From Negaprion brevirostris (taxonomy: Eukaryota): DNA of 64,000 nucleotides. The position numbers and the translations under genes are program-made. The stretch spans positions 10,685,715 through 10,749,714 of the forward strand of contig JARDVH010000121.1 in NCBI GenBank assembly GCA_030324005.1. Direction: 5' to 3'. Of the stretch, positions 25,856-36,765 are shown one piece after another (position 1 is the first letter of the stretch; the number at the start of each line of letters is the position of its first letter). Under the pieces are notes generated by a model that ran no database searches, had not been told where the DNA came from, and saw only the letters and a list, made by a program, of their open reading frames with translations.

Positions 25856-27979
25856 TCAGATTCTAGCAGTAATTTGCTTTCATTATATGATGTCTATGCT
25901 TTACTTTGCTCGTCAATAAGACGTTACTTGATACTTCATGTTCGTCAATATGATGCTATCTCGTTTAACGTTTTGGTAATTTAGTAGAGACAGACATTTG
26001 TTAATGCCACTTGGAATGCTTCAGTACTGTTCGTTTCAATAATTCAGTGAAGGTTTTGGTTTGGGAAGAGCGAGCTGCAATTTTNNNNNNNNNNNNNNNN
26101 NNNNNNNNNNNNNNNNNNNNNNNNNNNNNNNNNNNNNNNNNNNNNNNNNNNNNNNNNNNNNNNNNNNNNNNNNNNNNNNNNNNNCGAGCTGCAATTTGGT
26201 ATTTCTGGTATTCCTAGTAAAACCAGAAATAAATACCAAATACAGATACCAGTGTTTCTGGTACTTATTGTGATGCAGTCACTATTAGTCTCATTGTACT
26301 TGGACGAATTGTTTTCCTGATGTTATCAATCAAAATAAAACGTCATTTCCGTGCTCGTTCTGGAAAGGCCAATCCAACATATCCTCCATGTCAATGGGTA
26401 ACATTACCTCCTGTAAATGTGACAATTCACTGCGAGAAATCGAATCCCACTCAAATAATGTCTTGACCGTGGAAGAAAAAGGTAAAAGAAATTCAACTTA
26501 CATTCACTCCGTAAGAATTGTGTTAAATTACAAATCCAAATATTAAGTGGCAATTCAACATTTCAGTCCAGTGAATTAGAGAAGCAAAATGAATGATTCT
26601 GCTCGCTATGTCTCAATGAAACTTTAAACTTGAACCACGACGACCCTGTCAACTGATCGGAAAGGATCGCAAAACTATTTTTGAAATGCACAGATCATGT
26701 GACTGCCGAGTATCACCGGCAGCAGATATCCCTCAATAAAATTATAAAGCGCTGAGATTTGTGGGAGGTTGTTTTTTTTCATAAAGCAGTTAGCTTGTGT
26801 CCCAGTTTAATGGGGCTTCGGCAGAGGAAAAAATAATAATTCTGTCAGAAATGTCGAACTTCTTACAATGTATCAGCGGAAAACTAAACTACGCAGAATT
26901 AGATGATCCAAACAACAAGCGCTAACCGTAAGGGACAGTGCTGAAACTTTCTGATTCGAAGTCTGTTCAACTTACAAGAAACGACGGTTGTCGTAGTCTG
27001 ACAATTGCGGCACTTTATCTACCACATGTCTTACGCAGTGCCTGTCACTGCCTCGCATTAGCATCATTCTCGGAATTTAACCAGGAGAATAATCATCTGT
27101 ACCATGAGCCAATATTGATTCCTCACCTGATAATATTTGGTAATAAACTTGGTATTGAATGGCTGGTGTTTGAGCAATTGTGATAGGAGCATTTGCTCTC
27201 CGACCACAGCAGCGGCTGCGCAAAATATGCTACCGTGGCGAGCTCGAGACGTCATGAGATCCTGAGCGGCCCTCCGTAAATGTCTGCCTTCAAACAAAAA
27301 TTCAGTGCGCTGTAAGTTTTCTGGACATTTTTTCAATCAGATGATTTATACTTATAAGATGGATACGAATTAATAAACAACTAAAGAGCTCAGGTTTTCT
27401 TCAAATCCTCAAGAGGTGCGCAACCTGGAGAAATGGCATTATAATGCAATCAATTACAAAGACCAGTTTCACTCAAGTATCAATTGTAACATGATAGCTA
27501 GAGTACGATTTTTTATATAGATTTTAATCGATATATAAATATATAAATCGCATCATGAATAACGTAAATGATGCCCTTCTATCAGGCGTTATGCGATAAT
27601 TTTAACGTCTATCCGAGGGACAGATGCAAGTCTTCATGAAAAAAATCATAAGAAACAACGAACTTCGAAAGGGCAGCATTGCCTCCAGAAGTGACGAACT
27701 GCAGAGATAGCCTAGACGTGTCTGTTCAACGGAGTCACAACTGCCTTACTAATTGAATAGCGGACACAGCCTCGGATGTAAATGTTAGGTGTGTGTTTCT
27801 TGCATTTCCTTTAAATTTATTTTTCATTTTAATTTTTCATGTAATTCACAGGAGCTTTCCATGCATCTCATGCTCTTCTGGTCAAATTTCAAAAAAACAA
27901 TGTGCAGCTGCCTCAGTATATTTATTTTTGCTTCTCTTAATGTTACTGAAAATCAGCTAAACGTGTGTTTCGTCCACAG

Positions 27980-28006
27980 CATCCGAGCTGGAGGAAACGG
28001 AAAATG
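27980..28006 (+). CDS. Micro-exon E9, 27 nt, SSELEETEN
   Basis: gtgtttcgtccacag|catccgagctggaggaaacggaaaatg|gtaaag. Confidence 0.82.
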
Positions 28007-29549
28007 GTAAAGACAAAATACATCGTGATCAATTTATGTCTTCACCAACTTTCTGCAGTGTAAATACATGCAAAATCTGCTTGGGCATAACTAAGCAAAG
28101 ACAACACTGAATTCAAAATAATGGTGTTAAAATACAGTTAACTTTTCCTTCTGAAACAACAAACAAACCTTTAACACAGTTGTGTAGTATGGCATCCAAC
28201 GCACTTCGGTGAATCGCCCAATAACACTATATTGGCAGGGAAAAGACTCGGAGGTAATTTGAAGCCTTGACAATAGATTGGTACTAATGGCGGTCTTAGA
28301 TACGGAGAGACATGTGGAGGAGCAGAGACATGCATGGAAAGAATAAAATAATACTTATACCATACCAACATAATCATTCGGGATTACTGTCACAAACCCA
28401 AATATATCCAACCCTTTTGTAAGTTATATTCACTTCGCATATGGATACATCTTTTTGCACGTACTGTCTTTTTGATTATCACAAATTGCATCTGTGCCCC
28501 ATTTTCACTTCCATTTATTTTCATTTGTATTTCATGTCTACGGATTTTAAATTAAACAAACTTGCCCTGAAGACTCATTATGTCTTGCTCGAAGTCACAC
28601 ATTTGCATTTACATAGTTGTTAGCTACATTTCAAGAAAATTATACTGTTGGTCAAAAGTATTTATGCACCAAGCAACAGCCAAAGCCTGGGAACTACTGA
28701 TAAGAAATGTGTAACAATGTGTAATATGTGCTTGAAGTCACGACAGAAAGAATCATAGAATCAGAGCGTCCCTACAGTGCAGAAGAAGACTATTCGACCC
28801 ATCTACTTTGCATTAAAACAATCCCACCCAGGCTCTATCGCTGTCATGTCCTATCCATGTACCGTGATGACATTCAGGCCAATGCAGCCGGCATGAGTTG
28901 CACCCAATCCACCAGCTTATAATTTACCAAAACCGGTATGGATGCACAAAGTCAATTGCATGATCATATGTCAGATTCACAGTTCCAACTTTCTAAGCCT
29001 CCTCTGCCAGCGTTTCTGAAATCCATGAAATATATCACGTGGATACGTAAGAGCAAGAACTTCCTATTGCACTAGCACCTACAGGTGGTGATTACAGCTC
29101 TGCCTTCAATGTCACCATTACTACGAAACTCATCTCCAATCTCCATGGTCTCAGCTTCTCCCACCATGACTGGATCCTGAACTTCCTAATCCACAGACCA
29201 CAATCAGTAAGGATAGGCAACAACACCTCCTCCATGATCATCCTCAACTCCCCTGTCCCACAAGGCTGTGTGCTCAGACCCTCCTATACTCGTGTGACTC
29301 TGTGGCCAAATTCCCGTCCGACTCGATTTTCAAGTTTGCTGTTGACATCACCATAGAGGGTCGGGTCTGAAAGAATGACAAAACAGAGTACAGGGATGAG
29401 ACAGAGAATCCGATGAAGTGTTATGACGAAAAAGATATCTGCCTCAATGTCAACAAAAGGAAAGAGATCATCATCGACTTCAGGATGCGTAGTGGAGAAC
29501 ATGCCCCAGTCTATATCAATGGGGATGAAGTAGATATCCATAAAATCTA

Positions 29550-29860
29550 TAGAACCCTTAAAGTGCAGAAGATGATCATTCGCCCCATCGAAATTGCACT
29601 GGTCACAATCCAACTCGGGCATTAATCCCATAACTCATACAATTGCCCCACTGATCCCCCGGATACTACAGTCAATTCATCATGAGCAACGAACCTAACC
29701 ATCACATCTTTGGACTCTGGGAGTAAACCAGAGCACCCGGAGGACACCTACGCAGGCACGGGAAAATGTACAAACTGACAGTGAACCGAGGCAAAAAATG
29801 AATCTGTGTCCCTGGTGCTGTGAGGCAGGCTGCTAACCACTGTACTACCATGGCACTCCA
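29550..29860 (-). mobile_element. Diverged HE1/V-SINE-like SINE nested in the Rex1-like LINE
   Basis: cacatctttggactctgggagtaaaccagagcacccggagg...tgtgaggcaggctgctaaccactgt. Confidence 0.8.
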
Positions 29861-29952
29861 TTATTTGAAATAATAGCGACCTTCATGTTTTTAGGTGTCC
29901 AGTTCCCCCCAGTGGCGACACTGTAATTAAGAAAGCCCACCAACACCTCTAC

Positions 29953-30384
29953 CTGAACGGCAAATTGCGCGGAGGGTGTGGAGAGTCTGCAGAAGGATCT
30001 AGATAGGCTGAGCGAATGGGCCAGGAACTGGNNNNNNNNNNNNNNNNNNNNNNNNNNNNNNNNNNNNNNNNNNNNNNNNNNNNNNNNNNNNNNNNNNNNN
30101 NNNNNNNNNNNNNNNNNNNNNNNNNNNNNNNNNNNNNNNNNNNNNNNNNNNNNNNNNNNNNNNNNNNNNNNNNNNNNNNNNNNNNNNNNNNNNNNNNNNN
30201 NNNNNNNNNNNNNNNNNNNNNNNNNNNNNNNNNNNNNNNNNNNNNNNNNNNNNNNNNNNNNNNNNNNNNNNNNNNNNNNNNNNNNNNNNNNNNNNNNNNN
30301 NNNNNNNNNNGGCGGGGCAGGCTCGAAGGGCTGGATGGCCTACTCCTGCTCCTATTTCTTATGTTCTTATGTTCTTATGTTCTT
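29953..30384 (+). mobile_element. Young 5'-truncated CR1 3' end (spans a gap) nested in the Rex1-like LINE
   Basis: ESLQKDLDRLSEWARNW before the gap; ggcggggcaggctcgaaggg...cctactcctgctcct followed by a (tatgttct)n tail after it. Confidence 0.88.
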
Positions 30385-31610
30385 CTCAAAAGGCTAAGGA
30401 AATTTGGCATGTCTGCTACGCCTCTTACCAACTTTTACAAATGCACCATGGAAAACATTCTTTCTGGTCCTATCACAGCTTGGTATGGCTTCTGCTCTGC
30501 CCAAGACTGCAAGAAGCTACAAAAGGTCGTGAATACAACCCAATCCATTATGCAACGCAGCTTTCCATCCATTGGCAATGTCTACACTTGCTGCAACCTC
30601 AGAAAAGCAGCCAGCATAATTAAGGACCCCACACACCTTGGGCAAACTCTCTTCCATGTCCTTCCATTGGGAGAAACGTAGACATGTCTGAGGTCACGTA
30701 ACAAGGGAGTTAAGAACAGTTTATTTTCTGCTGCCATCAGACTTTTGGATGGACATACATTAAGTCGATCTTTACCTACACCCTAACAATTACTGTAAAC
30801 TGCAAACTGCATTTCCTCATTTCCTTCTCCATGAATGCTATGTTTTTCCTGTATAGCGCGCAGGAAACAATACTTTTCACTGTATTACTGATACCTGTGA
30901 CAATAATAAATCAAATTTAATCAAATCAACTCACCTGCCAATTGCTGTCCAACTCACGCGCTGTTCTGACCGGAAGTGCCTACTACTCACTGGGTCAAAA
31001 TTCTAGGGCCCCCTGTCTGGCAAAATTAGTTGTGTTCCTGAGTTGCGTGGAGTTCAGTAGTATTGGCAGGCGGCTCATCACTGTCTATTGAATACAAATA
31101 GCAATTACGGATTGCCCAACTTGTTGCCTTATCAATGGATTTTCACAATCCATGAATGACTTAAAAGTATTTGAACATTGTGGCTCTAATTATGCGCAAT
31201 AGCATTTGCATATTAAACACATGGGAGATTCATCTCCCCAGCTGTTCCCCTGGGTACCTTCAAATCGGCTAATCGAATGTACGATCATTATTCTTGTGTT
31301 TAGGAGGTACAAACCAACTTCAAATATCTACTCATTGTATTTCGTAAGTGTGCCGTCTGCAATGTGATAAATCTACCCAACAATTCAATGAAGTTCAGGC
31401 TTAATCTTGAACATAACCTGCCCTGATAATTCAATAACCAGCACAGCTGGACAGAAATTGTACATGATTGTTTAGCCATCTCGGTAGAAATGTCAGAATC
31501 ACTATATCGTGATTTAAATTGATCAGGTAAAAATAATCTGAGCTCCCAAGTGCACAGCAAAGAATCTGAAATGAAAACAAGTCTTGAATTAACATACTAT
31601 TTATTTTCAG

Positions 31611-31646
31611 AGGTGGTAAGGCTGAAGGAATTGTTGGAAGAATCAG
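31611..31646 (+). CDS. Micro-exon E10, 36 nt, EVVRLKELLEES
   Basis: ctatttattttcag|aggtggtaaggctgaaggaattgttggaagaatcag|gtaatt. Confidence 0.87.
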
Positions 31647-32543
31647 GTAATTATGTTCAACAAGTAACTACTTCCAATGTAGTCAATGAGCTCAAAATTT
31701 TAATAGCGAGTAATGTATGCAACAGATGCCACTCTAGGGCTCCAATTAGTTTGCGTCAAGTGTGTGTGAATGCCAGCCAATAATCGAGATACTCTTATGA
31801 ACCTGACACTAGACAGGAAACAAACAAAAATCAAATGACTCAGGAACCCTATGCATGTCGACTTCCACCTGTATACGAAAAAATNNNNNNNNNNNNNNNN
31901 NNNNNNNNNNNNNNNNNNNNNNNNNNNNNNNNNNNNNNNNNNNNNNNNNNNNNNNNNNNNNNNNNNNNNNNNNNNNNNNNNNNNNNNNNNNNNNNNNNNN
32001 NNNNNNNNNNNNNNNNNNNNNNNNNNNNNNNNNNNNNNNNNNNNNNNNNNNNNNNNNNNNNNNNNNNNNNNNNNNNNNNNNNNNNNNNNNNNNNNNNNNN
32101 NNNNNNNNNNNNNNNNNNNNNNNNNNNNNNNNNNNNNNNNNNNNNNNNNNNNNNNNNNNNNNNNNNNNNNNNNNNNNNNNNNNNNNNNNNNNNNNNNNNN
32201 NNNNNNNNNNNNNNNNNNNNNNNNNNNNNNNNNNNNNNNNNNNNNNNNNNNNNNNNNNNNNNNNNNNNNNNNNNNNNNNNNNNNNNNNNNNNNNNNNNNN
32301 NNNNNNNNNNNNNNNNNNNNNNNNNNNNNNNNNNNNNNNNNNNNNNNNNNNNNNNNNNNNNNNNNNNNNNNNNNNNNNNNNNNNNNNNNNNNNNNNNNNN
32401 NNNNNNNNNNNNNNNNNNNNNNNNNNNNNNNNNNNNNNNNNNNNNNNNNNNNNNNNNNNNNNNNNNNNNNNNNNNNNNNNNNNNNNNNNNNNNNNNNNNN
32501 NNNNNNNNNNNNNNNNNNNNNNNNNNNNNNNNNNNNNNNNNNN

Positions 32544-32715
32544 CAACCTAACCCGCACATCTTTGGACTGTGGGAGGAAACCGGAGTACCTGGAGGAAAC
32601 CCACGCAGACACGAGGAGAACGTGCAAACTCCACACAGGCAGTGACCTGAGCCGGGACTCGTACCCAGGACCCTGGAGCTATGAAGCAGCAGTGCTAACC
32701 ACTATGCTACATCAC
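32544..32715 (-). mobile_element. HE1/V-SINE-like SINE, 5' half (remainder in gap)
   Basis: cacatctttggactgtgggaggaaaccggagtacctggaggaaacccacgcagac. Confidence 0.88.
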
Positions 32716-33226
32716 AATACCTTACTTTGACAAACAGCTTAAATCTGTGATCTCCACTTGTTGATTCTTCTGCTAATGACTGATTTCCCTATAACTCTTA
32801 TACAGGTTCTTCATAATTTGCAATTATGAATTCAATTTCGGCTCACCCATTCATTAAAGTTCCTCATGCCCCATGAACACTTCTCTCCACAATTTTTCAC
32901 TGCCTCCATATCTTTCATATTGTCTGGTGCACAAAATTTTGGGGGAAAAAACACAAGCAAATGTGTGTTTTCTCAGGTTGAACATAAATATTTTGTTTTG
33001 TACTCTATTGTCTCAATTCAATAAGCCACTTTGCAACAACGCCTTCATAACTGCATTATCCTTCCACTTCTAGTAACTTATCCGCATATACGCCACCAAC
33101 TCCTGCCCCAACACCAATCATGCTCCCAACTGCTGCACCAAGATTAACATCCATAATATACGTTCCAAAGTACATAGAAATAAAGAGTAGGAGTAAGATT
33201 TTTGCACCCACAACCCCCCCCCCCTT

Positions 33227-33528
33227 CATAGAATTATAGAATCCAACAGTGCAGAAGGAGGCCATTCGGTCCATCGAGTCTGCACTGACCACAATCCCAC
33301 CCAGGCCTTATCCCCATGCATCTACCCCAGCTGGCCTCCCTGACGCAGGGCAATATAGCATAGCCTAACCCACACATCTTTGGACTGTGGGAGGAAACCA
33401 AAGCTGCTGGAGAAAACCCACGCAGACATGGGGAGAATGTGCCAACTCCACAGAGACAGTGGCCTGAGGCCGGAATTGAACCTGGGTCCCTGGCACTGTG
33501 AGGCAGCAGTGTGCCACCATGCCGCCCC
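33227..33528 (-). mobile_element. HE1/V-SINE-like SINE
   Basis: Complete tail-core-head on the minus strand, ending ccaccatgccgccc. Confidence 0.9.
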
Positions 33529-34253
33529 AATTGCTTGTAACAATTACAGGAACATAAATGCAAAATACCATGGATATTGGAAATCTAAAACTTTGCAGGT
33601 CATATAGCCTTTTGGAGCAAAAAACGGCTTGATGTTTCAGATTTCTAAATTACAGTAACTGGATTAATTTCAACATGGTATAAATTTGTTTCAATGGAGC
33701 TGATATCAATTTACTGTTTCATTTAGTCAGTGAAGTCACCATACTCCTAGAATGAACCGAATCTCACCCCCAACTCACCCCCCAACCTCACTTTCATGTC
33801 CCCCACCAACCTGACCTGGCCTCATGCTCCCAGTCTGAACCCCACCCCTGATGTGTCTCCCCCTCAAAATGTCAGAACCCCGCCCATTGTCCAAATCCCC
33901 ACTCTCCTGTAATCTGAAACCCCCACCTCCCTGATGTGTGAACCGCCCCACAATTTCCAGCTCAACCTCCTATGTCCAGATTTCACACATTCCCACCCCA
34001 CCCCAGTCACTGATGTCTAGATCCCCCCCCCCCCAACAAGTCCCATTCACTTATTTTAGAAACTTAATTTCTTCCTTTCAGTGGGACCTTTAAACTCACC
34101 CTCTTTACAGCAGCTCGTGCCATCAAAAAGGTAAGTGTGTGTGGTGGAGGGGGGTTGGGGGTGGGGTGGGTTGGTGGCAGAAAGGAGTCTCATACTTCAA
34201 TCTCTTCAGTCTCATCTGGCCTGAGTCAGGAAGGCCGAGTGAGACATGTGGTT

Positions 34254-34311
34254 AGAACATAGAACATTACAGCGCAGAACAGGCCCTTCGGCCCACGATG
34301 TTGCGCTGACC
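34254..34311 (-). mobile_element. CR1-type 3' tail adjacent to a gap; near-identical copy at 38943-39008
   Basis: agaacatagaacattacagcgcagaacaggcccttcggcccacgatgttgcgc.gacc at both sites. Confidence 0.75.
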
Positions 34312-34430
34312 AATTAAGAAAAAAGCAATNNNNNNNNNNNNNNNNNNNNNNNNNNNNNNNNNNNNNNNNNNNNNNNNNNNNNNNNNNNNNNNNNNNNNNN
34401 NNNNNNNNNNNNNNNNNNNNNNNNNNNNNT

Positions 34431-34742
34431 TATAGAATCCAACAGTGCAGAAGGAGGCCATTCGGTCCATCGAGTCTGCACTGACCACAATCCCACCATA
34501 TCCACATAATCCCATGTGTTCCCCTAGCTAGTCCCTTTACGTAAAGGGACAATTTAACATGTCCAGACCACTAACCCACAAATCTTTCGACTATGGGAGG
34601 AAACAGAGCACCCGGAGGAAACTCACGTAGATACGGGGAGAATGTGCAAACTCCAGGCAGACGGTGACCCAAAACGGGAATCAAACCCGGGTCCGCTGCA
34701 TTGTGAGGCAACAGTGCTAACCACTGTGCCAAAGTACCACTT
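34431..34742 (-). mobile_element. HE1/V-SINE-like SINE
   Basis: Tail matches the 33227 copy; core and head present. Confidence 0.85.
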
Positions 34743-34794
34743 CTGTTTCTCTTTGCAATAATGTCATTACGTCAGGTTGCAACTTGTGTTACAT

Positions 34795-35140
34795 GGGTAG
34801 TATGGTGGCACAATGCTTAGCACTGCTGCTTCACAGCTGCAGGGACCTGGGTTCGATTCCCTGCTTGGGTCACTGTCTGTGTGGAATTTGTACATTCTCC
34901 TCCTGTCCGCGTGGGTTCCCTCCAAGTGCTCCGGTTTCCTCCCACAGTCCAAAGATGTGCAGGTTAGTTTGATTGGCCATGCTAAAAATTGCCCTTTAAA
35001 GTCCTGAGATGCATAAATTAGAGGGATTAATGAGTAAATATGTAGGGATATGGGGGTGGGGCCTGGGTGGGATGGTTGTACAGATTCAATGGGCCAAATG
35101 GTCTCTTTCTGCACTGTAGAGGTTCTGTGATTGCTATGAT
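34795..35140 (+). mobile_element. HE1/V-SINE-like SINE
   Basis: Full head, core and tail. Confidence 0.9.
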
Positions 35141-35260
35141 AACATCTCATCATGTTGCCTACCAATTGTGCTGCTACATTAGGGATATTCAAAATATTTG
35201 CTTCCACCTCTTTTGAATAATGGAGCGATGCAAGGAATTTGAGCGGCACTGCGGCACAAT

Positions 35261-35700
35261 GCTTAGCACAGCTGCCTCACAGCTCCAGTGACCCGGCTTT
35301 GAATCCCCGCTTGGGTCTCTGTCTGTGTGTGTTTTCTTCGGTGCTCCAGTTTCCCCACACACTCCAAAGAGGTATTTTGAATATCCCTAAAGTAGCAGCA
35401 CAATTGGTAGGCAACATGATGAGATGTTATCATAGCAATCATAGAAACTCTACAGTGCAGAAAGAGACCATTTGGCCCATCGAATCTGCACAACCACACA
35501 CTCCAAAGAGGTGCGAGTTTGGTTGACTGGCCATGATAAAGTGCCCCTTACTGTCCGGGGATGAATAGTTTAGAGGGATTAGAGGGGTAGATAGTGCGGT
35601 GATGGGTATAGGGCCTAGGTGGGATAGCTGTCGGTGCAGACTCGATAAGTCAAATGGCAGCTTCTGCAAGATAGGGATTCTATGATTATATGACTTATGA
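35261..35700 (+). mobile_element. HE1/V-SINE-like SINE interrupted by an inverted templated insertion (35374-35493)
   Basis: Head at 35261-35373; the body resumes at 35494 after a 19-bp direct repeat. Confidence 0.8.
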
Positions 35701-36184
35701 CCAACTGAAAACATATGCTTACCTTGGTCTTAAATGGCAAGTACTCAACTGTAAACAGTGGACACTCGTTCTAAACCGATTCCATTAAAAACACTCAGAA
35801 CTTTACATCTGTCAATCAAGTCTACTCTTATTATTCCAAGCTGAAGTAGATTCAAGCCGAGCCCATCCAACCCTTCCCTTCCAACTGCCTGCACATTGGA
35901 GACATTATAATAAATTGCTAATATATTGTTTTCAGTAAGATAAAGCTCCTGGAGTTCCATTATAAATATTCTTCCAGTCCTATCCATTCTTTACACTGCT
36001 GTGCATTCTATAACTCCGCCAACTTAATATCCATGATTGGATGTTCCCTTTCATTCCATTGCTATCAGGTGTTGGTGAGTTGCTTTAGGAAATGCCTTTG
36101 AAAGAGCAATCAGAGCACTGCAACAGTATTTTATGTTTTGACATTTTCTCACATATCATAAAAAACTCTCGCAATTGTATCGAA

Positions 36185-36765
36185 TTTGGTTTGATTTACC
36201 GTCATTTGATTTGCTTTAATTTGATTTATTATCGTCACAACTATCGGTATGCAGTGAAGGGGACTGTTCCTTGTGCATTAAACTTACAAAGCATATCGTT
36301 CATACCGTACATTGGAAAGAAGGGGAGGAGAGGATGCAGATTGTATTGTTCAGTCATAGTTAGTCTGTAGAGAAAAATTAACTGAATTTAATGTAGGTCA
36401 ATTCAAAAGCATCAGGGAAGACGTTATTCTTGAGCCAGTTGCTACGTGATCTCAGACTTCTGTATCTATTTTTCTGACACAAAAATGTAGGAGAGATTGC
36501 ATCTGGGATGTGGGGTTCAATAACTATGCTGGAAGCTTTTCGAAGGCAGGGGGAAGTATATACGGAGTCAATGGATGGCGTGCAGTTTTGCGTGATGGAG
36601 TGGGATGTGTTCATAACCCTTTGTGGTTTATTGCGGTCTTGGTGAGAGCAGCAGCCATACTAAGTCGCGATACATCCCGAAAACATGCTTTCAATGTTGC
36701 ATTTGATTAAAAAAAAGATGAAACTTAGAGCAAACATGCTGAATTTTCTGAGCTTCCTGACGTGA
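36185..36765 (-). mobile_element. Rex1/Babar-like LINE 3' fragment
   Basis: Reverse complement resembles 30385-30930 (RKLRKFSM, CNIESMFSGCI, SIDSVYTSPCLRKASSI) with a gattt tail. Confidence 0.8.

Larger units (their letters stand above)
29080..30930 (+). mobile_element. Rex1/Babar-like LINE 3' part, interrupted by a SINE and a CR1
   Basis: WILNFL.HRPQSVRIGNNTSS, PQGCVL, KFA.D, then LKRLRKFGM...FYKCTMENILS..ITAWYG; ends in an aatcaaat tail. Confidence 0.85.

Noticed and set aside
26071-26197. cgagctgcaattt repeated on both sides of a 100-N gap
   Set aside because: Most likely a contig overlap artefact.
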